From the NCBI RefSeq assembly GCF_030144855.1, contig NC_082727.1, forward strand, positions 36,394,001 to 36,458,000: a stretch of DNA of 64,000 nucleotides, given 5' to 3'. Source of the DNA: Hypanus sabinus (Eukaryota). Under the pieces are notes generated by a model. It had not been told where the DNA came from, did not search any database, and worked only from the letters and a program-made list of their open reading frames with translations. Both the position numbers and the translations under genes were made by a program. Position 1 is the first letter of the stretch. Every line of letters starts with the position of its first letter. Below are positions 24,578 to 38,393 of the stretch, in pieces.

Positions 24578-25205
24578 CAACACACAAAGAGATTTGTTGA
24601 AAGAGAAGCTCGATCAGCTTCAGTGTCACTTCACGTGAGACCCTCAGAAGGGAACCATTGACTTGAAAGATGTGACGTACAGACTGCGAGATGCTATAAA
24701 TCTCGGTGTGAAATATCAAGCCACGTGATGTGTCACAACCAAATCGCTTTCATAAATTGTCTGCAGGGTAACAATAAAGAAGCCATTCAGAGCTTCAATG
24801 AAACTCTCGCTATCCTGCATTTTGCCAGAAAGCAAAGTTGTTTAATCAATGTAAATATCACTTTGGAAAGGCATTTGAGCATCGTCCAATATCAGCTATT
24901 GAACCACAACTGAATTTTGCATTTATAAATGTAAGAAATGGAGAGTATTCCAAAACAAAAAGATCTACAGTACTCTTTTGAAATTAGATGATATTCATCC
25001 AGAAAATTTGCACAGAATACAGTACGTCTACATGTGGGACATTTGAATTATACCAGAGAGGATGTAAATCAAATGCCATCAGCCTGTTCCGTAATGCACT
25101 GACAGTTGAATATGATTCAAATGAATAGAAGAAAGTGTCATGATAAATTGGAGATGAGGACTGACAAAAACCTTTGCAAGGATCCACATGATAGTAAGGC
25201 TCTGG
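24578..25205 (+). pseudogene. Internally deleted IFIT exon-2 pseudogene B inside the gene 2 intron
   Basis: Own acceptor ttttcttcacttgcag (AG 24576-24577), then NTQRDLLKEKLDQLQCHFT-stop (TGA 24636-24638). About 0.7 kb internal deletion near 24805; ends at a DSKAL-like sequence. Confidence 0.9.
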
Positions 25206-25484
25206 AATAAGGAATTCCTATCATTTTGGTTAGTCGGATCACTTGACTGTACTCTTGCTTCCTGCACACTGACAGAGCCTAAGGTGACTTGCATGTTCTC
25301 TGATAAAACATTTTACTGATGGACAGGCTGAGCATTTCCAGGTTTTCAATACCATAATTAAAAAAAATACTTTAGAAGGCAACTTCTATACAGTCAGTAA
25401 ATCTGCTTTTTCTGGGATTGCAGGTCAGACCTGCATCAAGTGATCTGAGATGGAATTCATGATTCCGTTTTTTCTCTCTTGCAG

Positions 25485-26919
25485 CAACACACCGGGAGAT
25501 TTATTGAAAGAGAAGCTCGATCAGCTGCAGTGTCACTTCACATGGAGGCCACAGAAAGAAACTATTGATGTGGAAGATGTGAAGGACAGATTGCAAGATT
25601 CTAACCATATGAATTTGAAGTATAAAGATCAGTCCTACAACCAACTCGCTTTTGTAAACTGTCTGCAGGGCAATTATTTGGAAGCAATTCAAAATTTAAA
25701 GGAAGCTGAAAAAATTCAGAGGGAGAACCACAAAGATGAATATGAAAGAAGAAGCATCATCACCTATGGAAACTTTGCCTGGGTGCATTACCACATGGGA
25801 CAGCTGACCAAGTCCCAGTCCTATCTCGACAAGCTGGAGATGATCTGTAAACCGCTCAGTGATGGCCCTCGCTATACAGCAATGATACCCGAGGTGTACG
25901 GGGAGAAGGGATGGTCATTGATGAGTTCTGCTGGTGAATACTATGAGGAGGCAAAGGAATGCCTTGCAAAGGCTCTGGAGCAAGACCCTGACAACACTGA
26001 GTGGATAATGGGATATGCAACCGCACTTTCTCGTCTGGAATCAATGTCTGGAACCCCAGAGAGTCGTGATCAGAGTCAGTCAGTGAAGTATTTCGGACGA
26101 GTACTGGAGCTTGATCCAGATGATACTGTGGCCATGGTGCTGTTGGCTCTAAAACTGCAGAGGTTAGGGCAAAATGAGGAAGCAAATGAATTAGTTGAAC
26201 AAGCATTGCAGAAGAACTCTAATCTTGCATATGTGCTTCGCTATGCTGCAAAATATTATAGACAACGGGGATTTGTGGAGAGGGCAATTGAGCTCTTGAA
26301 ACAAGCATTAGAATTAACTCCACACTCTGGTTTCTTACACCACCAACTTGGATTGTGCTACAGAAGTAAGCTGAAATACACTCACAGCAGATATCCTCGC
26401 AATCCTGAATTTCAGCAGAAAGCTGAGTTGATCAATCTATGCAAATATCACTTTGAAAAGTCTTTTGAACACCGTCAAAGGTCAGCTATTAAACCGCAAC
26501 TGGTCTTTGCAGACATCTGCATAACAAGTGGGGAGTATTCCAGAGCAGAGGAGACTTACCGTAGATTGGTGGAGTTAGTGGACATTCGTCCAGAGAATAT
26601 GCAGAGCATTTGTCTGGAAGCTGGGTTATTTGAACTGCACCAGAAAAAATCTGAAACAAATGCTGTTTGCCTCTTCCTGAAAGGAGTAAAAATTGAATAT
26701 AACTCAGAAGAACGGGAAAAATGTCGCACAAATTTGGAGAAGTGGGCAGTTAGGAAACTTATAGTTAATGCAAATGACAGCAAGGCTCTTGGTGTCAAAG
26801 CATTACTGTATCAGCTGGATGGGAACAAGGATAAAGCGACTGAATACTTTGAGAAGGCCTTGGAGTTTGATCCTGGCAATGAGGAATATGTGAGTGCTCT
26901 TTCTCAATTACACATCTGA
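25485..26919 (+). CDS. IFIT5-like: IFIT-family protein, coding exon 2 of gene 2; 479 aa spliced
   Basis: Intact ORF 25450-26919 with the same IFIT motifs; acceptor AG at 25483-25484. About 60 amino-acid differences from gene 1 by manual count. Confidence 0.95.
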
Positions 26920-29408
26920 GCACCACTGGTTTCTTTAAAAGATATATTTCCATCTGATCTCAGGATAGGTTTAGTGGGCTGTTGCTTTAATATTATTGTG
27001 TTTCTTTTAAAAATATTATTTCCTCAAGTACCCTGAGCAAACCAAATTCAATTGTGCTTCTCTGGACTCTGGAAAGATGGGATTTGGGAAACTGCAGCAA
27101 GTGGTGTCAAATGAGAAATCAAGCATTTTTCCTCATTGGTTTGTTTGACCTATTAACCATTGAATGTATTTTCATTTTCACGTATTCTGATGCATAATTG
27201 TAATTCTGGAATGATTTTTGAAGTGCGATTGTATCTTATGAATCATTATAAAATATACTCTTAAGCTATGTCTATTAATTAAACCTTCAAAGCCAACGTT
27301 GGGTCCTGTCTTGACACAATCAAAGGAACGCTAGCAACAAATCCTTAACAGCACGATTCCAAGCTGCTGAGTGTGGTGGAGGAATTGTTTGGAAGGCGGA
27401 ATGACTGGCGAGTGGCAGTGGAGGGGTTTGGGAATAGTTCATGGAAATTCAAAAAGATAATATTTTCAACAAAAAAAGGATTAGATTTGTCATTCATAAT
27501 AATCAACCAAGGACAATGTAACTGCAAAACTCCAAACAAGATTGTGTGTGACAATGGAATGAGAAGATAGAATGGTATAGTTCAAGGATCATGCCTCTGA
27601 TATAGTGATAGCCAGAAGACATTCCTGTCATGTGCATGGGCTTGGCTGCTGATAAGGAGATAACCCTGTAAGTAGACAATGGAAATCAGATATGGTTATA
27701 GATTAAGTGAACTATTGTCCCATAAAGTTTTCAGGGATGGGGAAGAATGAGAAGGAAGATGCAGAAAAGAGAAAAAAGAGCATATGACCACCAGTTCGGG
27801 ATCCATCCTCTGAAATTTCAAAGAGAGAAGGTGTCGTCGGCAATTATCTGGACACTTGTTCCTCAGTCCCCATGGTAGCATAGTGGTTAGCACAGCTGGG
27901 GCATCAGAGTTCAGAGTTTCATTCTGATGTCGTGTATAAGTAGTTTTTCCATTCCTCCTCGTGAATACATGAGTTTCCTCCGGATGCTCCGCTTTTCCTC
28001 CCTCATTCCAAAGACAAACCTGTTAGCAGGCTGATTTGTCATTGTAAACTGTCCTGATATCACACTAGGGTTATAAAGGTGTGTTATTGGGTGGTGAGTC
28101 TCATTGGGCCAGTAGGGGCTGTTCCATGCTGTATGTCTAAATAAAATATAATTATACTTCATTTACTTGTGCACAAGGAGAAGAGTGTGTCTCCTGTCAC
28201 CACACTGTTCTGAAGTCTGAACAGAGGAATGTCATTTTTATACAGAATTGACTGGCAGGTACAGATGTTGACCATTCTTGGTGGTGAAACATTTTAATTC
28301 TGATTCCCATTCACATTCTGACATCTCAGTCCATGTTCTCCTCTTGAGGCCACCCTCAGGATGGAGGAACAACAGCTTATATTCTGTCTGGGCAGCCTCC
28401 AAACTGATGGCATGAATATCAATTTCTCCTTCTGGTGAGAAAAAATTCCCACCCCCTTCCCTCTTCTTCTATTATCCACTCTGGCCTCTTACCACTTCTC
28501 ACCTCTCTATCACTTCCCCCGGGTCCCTTCCTACTCCCCATTCTCCTCTGGTCTACTCTGACCATTCTGACCATTGCCCTAGAAAGACTCTGCATCACAT
28601 CATTGCTTGTATATCCAAAATAGGATTCCCAAGTCCCATTGAATCCGATTTCTGATTTCTGAAGTCCCATTTGGAAAATAGACAGACTAAGCAGTTCAAC
28701 CAAGATTTGGAAAAAACCCTAAGATGCCTGGCCTCAGAAAAACCTGACGACTGATGCGACCAATTGATGTGAGCAGAGGTCACCCAAACACCTTACAACA
28801 TCCAGGGCAGGGGACATCACTGTTCAACTGCTAGTTTGGTTATACTCCGCCACTCTTTCTAGAACAGGAGGCTGAAGTTGGGGTTCCTGGGGCCAAAGAT
28901 CTCATCCAACACTGCAAGCAGAAATGGACCAGGGCCAGAGAGATTTGGCTGGTCTCTACCCGGAAGGTGGAATCCAAGGCAAACTGAAGAAGACGGTCCT
29001 GCTTTGCAGTGTGGGCAAAATGTCTGGCTGTCCACGGAGGACTTGCTTCTCCAGTAGGAATCTAGAAATTTGGCACCCAAGTTCACTGCACATTTCAACG
29101 TCCTCAAGGAAGTAAACCTGCTGCTGTACAGCTCCCCAAGACCATGAAGATCAGTCACACTTTCCACATCTCTAAATTAAAACCTGTCTGCACCAGCCCC
29201 GAAGGAGTAGATTTAAAAGGTAGGGGCAGGGGAGAGAAGGCCACCGGGTGAGAGGTGAAACTTGGAAGGGAAGGGATGAAGTAAAGAGCTGGGAAGCTGA
29301 TTGCTGAGATGAAGTATAAATAAAAGGGAAAAGGGGATGGGAAATGGAGAAGGAGGTGAGGGTGGGGCATTGTTGGGGGGCATTGTACTGAACACAGTAA
29401 CTTAGGCA

Positions 29409-29428
29409 TATATATATATATAATATAC

Positions 29429-29486
<58 letters not shown>
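29409..29486. repeat. (TA)n(GA)n compound microsatellite
   Basis: Read directly; a shorter (GA)n lies at 35577-35604 in the duplicate. Confidence 0.95.
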
Positions 29487-29489
<3 letters not shown>

Positions 29490-30983
29490 TGGAGTTATTT
29501 GATGAACAATCGATGTTATCGTTTCTCTGCAGACTGTTTACTTTTTACAAGGACACACACACACACAGAGACACATAGCTAGAGTTAAGATGGATTCGGT
29601 CAATGGAAGGCACAAGTAGCAAATCATTGTTGGAGTAATTTTGTATGTCCTGGAACTGGATAAGTGGCTATCACGTTGTGTGTGATTGGGGTAACTTTGT
29701 GGAATTTACTGGTGTGTCGGCCCTTGCCTGGGTGGTGGCTCCCTTGAAGATGGTCCCCTTTATGATAAGTTACTGTTGGTAATAATACATATGTGAATCC
29801 TGTTTGAGTATGCTGTGACCACCACTTTGAGATGTCCCGTAGCTGTATCGGGTGTGGTACCACTTGGTTTGAAAGTATTTTCATTGAACATCACCGTCGG
29901 TGATACTTCATGTGTGGAGTGGAACAACTTTGGAGAGAAAACCTACTGCAATTGTTATTTAGTATTGCTGTCGTGGAATCTGTGGAATATTGTAATTGCT
30001 TTCTCACAACACTCGCCTTTGGATTGCAAACATCTCGCATTAATTAACCTGTGCATCTGAACGGAACTTTTCTAACATACCATCGTAAGAGTGGAACTAT
30101 TGCCGCCTGAGCTTGAATGAGCTTGGAAACTTTATTTTTTACACCTATAGATGTATAATACCTTTAACTCTTGATTTACCTGGTTTAAGTTACTATATGA
30201 CATAGTCACTAATAAAATAGTGTTTTGTTAACAGCAAAACCAGACTCCAGCTGTGTTCTGTTGCTGCTGATACTTTGACAGGGTTGTGTGTACCTGACAA
30301 GGGCACTGAATGGTAGTGAGTGAGGAGGTGCAGGTGCAGGTGTAGCACTTGCAAGGTTAAGTGCCAGGAAGGAGACCAGTGGGGAGGGACGAATAGACAA
30401 GGGATTCGAGTAGGGAGTGATCCCTGCGGAAAGAGGAAGGTGACTGGAGGGAAAGATGTGCTTGGTGGTGGGATCACGTTGGAGGTGGCAAATCTCTGGT
30501 AGGGTGTCAGGAGAATGGGGTAAGTGCAGACGTGCAGCATGTACTCACAAACGAATCTCTGGATCCAGCAGCTGCTGCATCAGCACACACTGTAGTCTCT
30601 GGTCCCCAAAGGCAACAAAATTCAGCTGTACAGTGCTATTATTCATTCATGCAGTGGAATTATTTGAGGACAAATATGATTTATTCCAGGTTAAATCAAT
30701 TTTATTTCATAACCTTAAAAATATTGTGCTATGCAATGGAATTTCTAGGCACATGAACAATAAAGACAAGCCATTTTTTTCAGAACTGCTGTCTGTCACA
30801 CATTAACTACACTCATGAGGTCAATGTAGGTCTTACTGCACTGTGTTGAGGTACTATGGACTGCCTCTGTCACTTCACTACACTGTCCTCTAGGGGGCGA
30901 TACACTACCCTCTGGGGTGATGGGGTGTGTGCGGTTTAATGTAGAACAATCTCGTTCATCCAGTCCAGATTTCAACTTAGATC

Positions 30984-31289
30984 AGCCAATCAGGTTGTGT
31001 CTGCTAGGCCAAGTTATTTATTTCTGTTGTTATCCCACCCTGCCTTTGTTGTTGGATACTGAGAGCTCTGCATCAGTCTTCATTGTTGTTTCAATGACAT
31101 CATTGCTTAGAAAAAGCAGGTTTCGTGTTCTGGGATAAGTTTCGATTCACCATCAGGAAGGTGCAGATAATCTGTTAGAGCAGGAAATCAGAATGTAGGG
31201 TACCCTTCTCCATCAACTCAGCATTAAAAGTCCTTCTGAAACAGTGAAAGAAATTCAAAGAACATTCTTTCTGAAGAATGTAATGTGTT
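30984..31289 (+). promoter_or_regulatory. Type I promoter/exon 1, copy C, donor destroyed
   Basis: Homologous to copies A and B. GAS is lost, IRF-like AGTTTCGATTC remains at 31138-31148, and exon 1 reads ATGTG|TTACAG (31283-31289). Confidence 0.6.
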
Positions 31290-31998
31290 ACAGAACTCCG
31301 TAAATTGAATTGTATTTTTAAATATTTTTATTCATTTCTGTATTTAAATTTATTTTTTAACCATGCAAAGAAACTTGATTATGTAAACATGCTGAATGCA
31401 TTAATATAACTGTACCTGGAGCACAGTATTGGGGTTGTGCATTCATAGGAACATTATTAAAGGCAGATCAGGCTGTTTCTGTCGAAAGTAAAGCAGAGTT
31501 ATTATTTCAGGCCAATAAGTCTTAAATGCAATAAATTATTTCTCATTTAAACAGATTATAGCCCAGTCACTTGTTTCAACAACTTCAGACAAAATAAGCA
31601 TATCCAGTACTTTCTGCTGTTATTTCGACATCTGGTGTCTTCAACACTTTCTGTACCATTTTGGATGCTTAGCAGTACCTACTGGTGAGAGTCAGACATC
31701 AGACAATCTCAGCGCCACACAGACAAAAATAGGCCTTTGGCTCATCATTGAGTTGCTGTCACGTGATTGGCCGATCGCATATTTGCATTAACGAGCAGGT
31801 GTACAACTTCATGTATAGAGTAATAATGTAAATATAAAATAAAAGTAACTTCCATTTGGGGTCTGTATATGTACAACTTGAAATTTATTCATAAGTTGTT
31901 TAAAGTTTGGTGGACTCTCGGCTTTGTTACAAGTAATGATGTGAAGAAAAATGATCATGTATGAAGTGATGAATTTCATGAATTTTCTTCACTTGCAG

Positions 31999-32420
31999 CA
32001 ACACTCAAAAAGAATTGTTGGAAGAGAATCACAATCAGCTTCACTGTCACTTCACGTGGGGCCCTCAGAAGGGAACCATTGACTTGGAAGATGTGATGTA
32101 CAGATTGCAAGATGCTAAAAATCTCGGTGTGAAATATCAAGCCACGTATCACAACTAAATCACTTTCATAAGTTGCCTGCAGGGAAACAATAAACAAGCC
32201 ATTCAGAACTTCAATGAAACTCTCGCCATCCTACATTTTGCCAGAAAGCAAAGTTGTTTCATCAATGTAAATATCACTTTGGAAAGGCATTTGAGCAATG
32301 TCTAATATCAGCTATTGAACCACTACTGGATTTTGCAGTTATAAGTGTAAGAAATGGAGAGCATTCCAACGTAAAGGAGATCTACAGTAATCTTTTGAAA
32401 TTAGATGATATTCATCCAGT
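31999..32420 (+). pseudogene. Internally deleted IFIT exon-2 pseudogene C
   Basis: Acceptor AG at 31997-31998, CHFTWGPQK motif, TAA at 32156-32158, same deletion junction as B; truncated after DDIHP. Confidence 0.9.
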
Positions 32421-33499
32421 AAATCTTTCCTAAATGTTCAATAAACCTGAAATTTGTAAATATACTTTCTTTACAATATACTTAGTGTACAATCTGTTAC
32501 TTATTGCCAATGGCGAAGTGCATGGGGACAGTATTTACACAGTATACTCTCAGGTTGGGGTGTGGGTGATCTCTACATCCTGGCTCTCCCAGTCTGGTGG
32601 GACCCAAGTCCTAGATGTATGGAGTTGGAGAGAGGTGGTTTTCTCACTGCTGAATACATTGACTTGTTAGTGAGAGGCTAACCAGTCATGTTTCCAGAAA
32701 AGTACGCACAAGCAGGGTTTCTTTTATTTCAAGATACAGTGCAAAACAGGCCCTTCCAGGAAATGAGCCACACTGCCCAACAAACGCTTATTTAAAACAG
32801 GCCAAATCACAGAGCAACTTAAAATGACCAATTAATCCACGAACTGTGTGTCTTTGGACACTGGGAGAAGACTGGAGCACCTGGAGGAAACTTTGGAGAG
32901 AATATACAAACTCCTTACAGGTGCTGCCAGAATTGAATCCGAACCCCAAACGGCCCGAACTGTAGTAGTGTCACACAAACTGTGTCACTACCATAGCAAA
33001 CATTTATGAATGTCTGGTTTTGAAATAGAAACTTTGTTATTATGATTCCTGGTCTCTGTGCTTCATTGAAGATTACTCACTCCAGTATTCAGAAACAAAA
33101 GTGGGTTTTGAGGATATAAGTTTAAAGAAACCAACTCTGAAAATCACGATGAGTCTTCGTATGAGATTCCTTCACTGCAGGTGACACGAAGGTCGGTGGT
33201 GTTATGGAGAGCGCAGAAGTGAAAGGCGCTTACTGACCATTCAGGAGGCAATAGGATGCGTGTGTACTTGTTTGAGAGAACGTATAGTGTATGTAAGTGT
33301 GTTTGTGTTATTTAAGATTAAGTTTGAATCTTTAACGTAACACACTTTTATACAACAGGCATCGTAAGCTCAGTGGCACAGAAGTGGAAGATTGCAGAGT
33401 ACACACCATGTGAATTTGAGTATGTACTGTTTAATTTTTATCCATTCCACATATTCTGATTCATATGGGAATTAGTTTGGAGATTTTTGAGGGAGAGGT

Positions 33500-35020
33500 T
33501 ACACCAGGTTGGGATGCAACATGTTGAAGTCAGACAATGACAGGTTGAGAATCCTGATGACACAAGCCAGACCTTCACCCTGGTTACTATCATTCACAAG
33601 TCTTTCATCAAGGGGAATAACGGAGCATTTTGTATGCACTGACCTCACTTCAAATTGCTTGCAGAAATTCAGAATATTCTCGCACAACCTTGAGAAATGA
33701 TTGAGGTTCACCAGGTCACCTAAAATATAAAAGGCGTCATAAAAGTGAAATGCCTGAGGAATCAGTGGGACAGAATAGCCCAGGGAGAGAGGGATGATAC
33801 ACAGACAACTGGTGGGAAAAACAGTTACGAGGAGAGATATTGATGCTTTAAGGTTGAACTGAGGCAGTGACAGGGGGAGGTGAGAGTAACTGGGGAATGA
33901 TAATGCCCATGGTTCAGAGAGCTGATGAGCCTGCCATGGATTATTCAGAGCATAAATATCAAGCATATGAGGAACACTCCAGTTGGAAAATCCAGGGATG
34001 GCTGATCCAGTCTCCATGAAAATGCAGAATGAAGGCCTGAGCTCAACCCACCAGGAAGTTTTAGTTTTGGGGACAGTTGTGGGATCGAACTATTCCACCC
34101 GAGAGATAAATCAGAGGAGGAGGAAAATAGGTCATTAAGTGGCTGTAGTGGATGTAGCTGCTATGAAGCCACAGTGGACATGCTTTCTGTGCCAGCAAAT
34201 AGGGCACCTGGCAAGGGATTGCCCAATTAGACATAGATTGGTAAAGGTGATGGCACAGTATGTTACAGCTATGGCCTATCAGGGGCATAAGAGAAATATG
34301 TGAAAGTCACTCACAAAAACAAGCAGCAGTGCCTTCTCTGTCTGACCAGATTAGTATCCAGGTCAGACAAATAGCTGGTGACTTCATCCATTGTTAATAC
34401 TGGTCACCCACGGATGTACACAAGCTTTGTACACACGGATGTACACAAGGTTTCTTTGTATACTAACAATGAGATATGCCTGTGGACACAGGGTTACCAG
34501 TGAATAACTGATCCAGCTTTGCCAGTGGCTGGAGAGATGATTTACATTACGAGTGTAGAGGTGAATGAATGAGGGCAGAGAGAAGGGAGCCTCACTTACT
34601 TGAGATTGAGGGAACACAGTGATACGAGCACGGATAACTGGTTCCGTTAAATTGAATGTGATCTGTTTTCTGAAATTCAGACAACTGGAAAAGGCAACTG
34701 TGACCATGTGGCATACGGATTTTTGATCTGATCCCAGGTTTGCGATCTGGGAACTTTACCTTGATCCTGGGATCGGAGACCACTGGAGTGGGATGATCCC
34801 ACAGTATGTGAGCACTCAGTTTGATATCCCAGGATGTGATAATAACTGGAATCAAATCCTGTGGTGCTCAGTCATTTAAGAATAGGAAGCTGATTGGGAG
34901 TGAGGAAAGCAAGAATTACATAAATGAGTTTGTCCTCCAAACAGATGACATGATTTCTGAGTTTCGCTGTGGGGAACTAACTTTTCCCAGCCGGTTGCAT
35001 TTAGTGAACAGTGACTGATA
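33500..35020 (+). mobile_element. Decayed LTR-retrotransposon gag/protease region (duplicate at ~39895-41385, partial at ~10700-11110)
   Basis: CCHC zinc knuckle CFLCQQIGHLARDC at 34181-34222, followed by a possible degenerate protease motif. Boundaries are uncertain. Confidence 0.5.
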
Positions 35021-35488
35021 TAATAAAGTTTACAGCTGTTGCGAAGGGGTATATAGTTGTGAGATGAGCTGATAAGACCATAAAACCATAAAACATAGGA
35101 ATAGAATTAGGCCATTTGACCCATCAAGTCTGCTCCGTCATTCAATTATGGTTGCTGCCTTTCTCCACCCAACGACCTGCTCTCCACAGTTGTCTGTGGT
35201 AACAATTTCCACAAACTTACTACCCTCTGGCTAAAGAATTTACTCCACATCTCTGTTTTAAATGATTGCCTCTCTATCCTGAGGCTGTGCATGCTTGTCC
35301 TAGACTCCCCCATCATGAGAAAAACCCTTTCGATGTCTATTCTGTTCAGGCCTTCCAACATTCAAAAGTTTTCAATCAGATACCACCCATCCTTCTAAAT
35401 TCCAGGGATTACAGGCTCATAGCCATCAACTGTTCCTCATATGATAACTCTTTCATTCCCAGAATTATCCTTGTAAACCTGTTTGGGA

Positions 35489-36672
35489 TGTTACGTACCC
35501 CTAGAGTTCAGATTTTCAGTGGACTGTAAATTTAAGCCGCCAGAAGAATGACTTTTGGACACTGATTGAGCTGCTCGAGAGAGAGAGAGAGAGAGAGAGA
35601 GAGATGTGGAGTTATTTGATGGACAATCGATGTTATGGTTTCTCTGCAGACTGTTTACTTTTTACAAGGACACAAAGACACACACACAGACACACACAGC
35701 TAGAGTCAAGATGGATTTAGTCAATGGAAGGCACCAGTGAGTCGGTCACTGGTTTCATCTTTCACTAGCCCAGACGGGGTGAGTTGAGATCAATCCTGAG
35801 TATTGATAAATGACTTTCTCCAAGTAGCCCGTGTGGGTGAGTTTCTTTCCATTCGGCTACAGAGGTGTGATTGTCACTTAGTTAATCCACAGGAGTGGGT
35901 TCTCTGGTAAGCGGAAAGCCTTTGTGAATACCACGTGTCTGTTTACCATTTGTCTGGGTGTGGTACTTCACTGAAGAAAGGCACCCCTGTGGCAAATCAC
36001 TGATGGAGTAACTTTGTATGTCATGGAACTGGAAAAGTGGCTATCACGTTGTGTGTGATTGGGGTAACTTTGTGGAATTTACTGGTCTGTCGGCCCTTGC
36101 CTGGGTGGTGGCTCCCTTGAAGATGGTCCCCTTTATGATAAGTTACTGTTGGTGACAATACATACGTGAATCCTGTTTGAGTATGCTGTGACCACCACTT
36201 TGAGATGTCCCGTAGCTGTATCGGGTGTGGTACCACTTGGTTTGAAAGTATTTTCATTGAACATCACTGTCGGTGATACTTCGTGTGTGGAGTGGAACAA
36301 CTTTGGAGATAAAACCTACTGCAATTGTTATTTAGTATTGCTGTCGTGGAATCTGTGGAAAATCGTAATTGCTTTCTCACAACACTCGCCTTTGGATTGC
36401 AAACATCTCGCAATAATTAACCTGTGCATCTGAATGGAACTTTTCTAACATACCATCGTAAGACTGGAACTATTGCCGCCTGAGCTTGAATGAGCTTGGA
36501 AACATTATTTTTTACACCTATAGATGTATAATACCTTTAACACTTGATTTACCTGGTTTGAGTTACTATATGACGTAGTCACTAATAAAATAGTGTTTTG
36601 TTAACAGCAAAACCAGACTCCAGCTGTGTTCTGTTGCTGCTGATACTTTGACAGGGTTGTGTGTACCTGACA
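35489..36672 (+). mobile_element. Solo LTR (~1.18 kb); 5'-truncated, internally deleted duplicate at ~29447-30299
   Basis: Starts TGTTACGTAC, ends GTACCTGACA (TG...CA, imperfect inverted ends), with AATAAA near the 3' end. It interrupts a Penelope-like fragment (ctgtttggg...gggcactgaatgg). Confidence 0.75.
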
Positions 36673-37380
36673 AGGGCACTGAATGGTAGTGAGTGAGGAG
36701 GTGCAGGTGCAGGTGTAGCACTTGCAAGGATAAGTGCCAGGAAGGAGACCAGTGGGGAGGGACGAATAGACAAGGGATTCGCGTAGGGAGTGATCCCAGC
36801 GGAAAGAGGAAGGTGAGTGGAGGGAAAGAGGAAGGTGAGTGGAGGGAAAGATGTGCTTGGTGGTGGGATAACGTTGGAGGTGGCGAATCTCTGGTAGGGT
36901 GTCAGGATAATGGGGTAAGTGTAGACGTAAAGCATGACCTCACAAACGAATCTCTGGATCCAGAAGCTGCTGCATCAGCACACACTGTAGTCCCTGGACC
37001 CCAAAGGCAACAAAATTCAGCTGTGCAGTGCCGTTATTCATTCATGCAGTGGAATTATTTGAGGACAAATATGATTTATTCCAGGTTAAATCAATTTTAT
37101 TTCATAACCTTAAAAGCATTGTGCTATGCAATGGAATTTCTAGGCACATGAATGATAGAGACAAGCCAAGTTTTCTCAGAACTGCTGTTTGTCACACATT
37201 AACTACACTCATGAGGTCAATGTAGGTCTTACTGCACTGTGTTGAGGTACTATGGACTGCATCTGTCACCTCACTACACTGTCCTCTAGGGGGCGATACA
37301 CTACCCTCTGGGGTGATGGGGTGTGTGCGATTCAATGTAGAACAATCTCGTTCATCCAGTCCAGATTTCAACTTAGATCA

Positions 37381-37685
37381 GCCAATCAGGTTGTGTCTGC
37401 TAGGCCCAGTTATTTATTACTGTTGTTATCCCACCCTGCCTTTGTTGTTGGATACTGAGAGCTCTGCATCAGTCTTCATTGTTGTTTCAATAACATCATT
37501 TGTTTGAAAAAGCTGGTTTCGTGTTCTGGGATAAGTTTCGATTCACCATCAGGAAGGTGCAGATAATCTGTTAGAGCAGGAAATCAGAACGTAGGGTACC
37601 CTTCTCCATCAACTCAGCATTAAAAGTCCATCTGAGACAGTGAAAGAAATTCAAAGAACATTCTTTCTGAAGAACATAATGTGTT
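37381..37685 (+). promoter_or_regulatory. Type I promoter/exon 1, copy D, donor destroyed
   Basis: Duplicate of copy C; AGTTTCGATTC at 37534-37544; ATGTG|TT at 37679-37685. Confidence 0.6.
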
Positions 37686-38393
37686 ACAGAACACTGTAAA
37701 TTGAATTGTATTTTTAAATATTTTTATTCATTTCTGTATTTAAATTTATTTTTTAACCATGCAAGGAAACTTGATTATGTAAACATGCCGAATGCATTAT
37801 TATAACTGTACCTGGTGCACAGTGTTGATGTTGTGCATTCATAGGCACATTATTAAAGGCAGATCAGGCTGCTTCTGTTGAAAGTAAAGCAGAGTTATTA
37901 TTTCAGGCCAATAAGTCTTAATTGCAAGAAATTATTTCTCATTTAAACAGATTATAGCCCAGTCACTTGCTTCAACAACTTCAGATAAAATAAGCATATC
38001 CAGTATTTACTGCTGTTATTTAGATGTCTGGTGTCTTTAACATTTTCTGTACCATTTTGGATGCTTGGCAATACCTACTGGTGAGAGTCAGACATCAGAC
38101 AATCTCAGCACCACACAGACAAAAATAGGCCTTTGGCTCATCATTGAGTTGCTGCCACGTGATTGGCCGATCGCATATTTGCATTAACGAGCAAGTGTAC
38201 AACTTGATGTATACGGTAATAATGTAAATATAAAATAAAAGTAACTTCCATTTGGGGTCTGTATATGTACAACTTGAAATTTATTCATGTGTTGTTTAAA
38301 GTTTGGTGGACTCTCGGCTTTACTACAAGTAATGATGTGAAAAAAATGGTCATGTATGAAGTGATGAATTTCGTGAATTTTCTTCACTTGCAG

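Noticed and set aside
33499-34017. 172-aa minus-strand ORF repeated at 39892-40410
   Set aside because: Conservation is explained by the recent tandem duplication; non-ATG start, no recognisable domain, antisense to a decayed retroelement.
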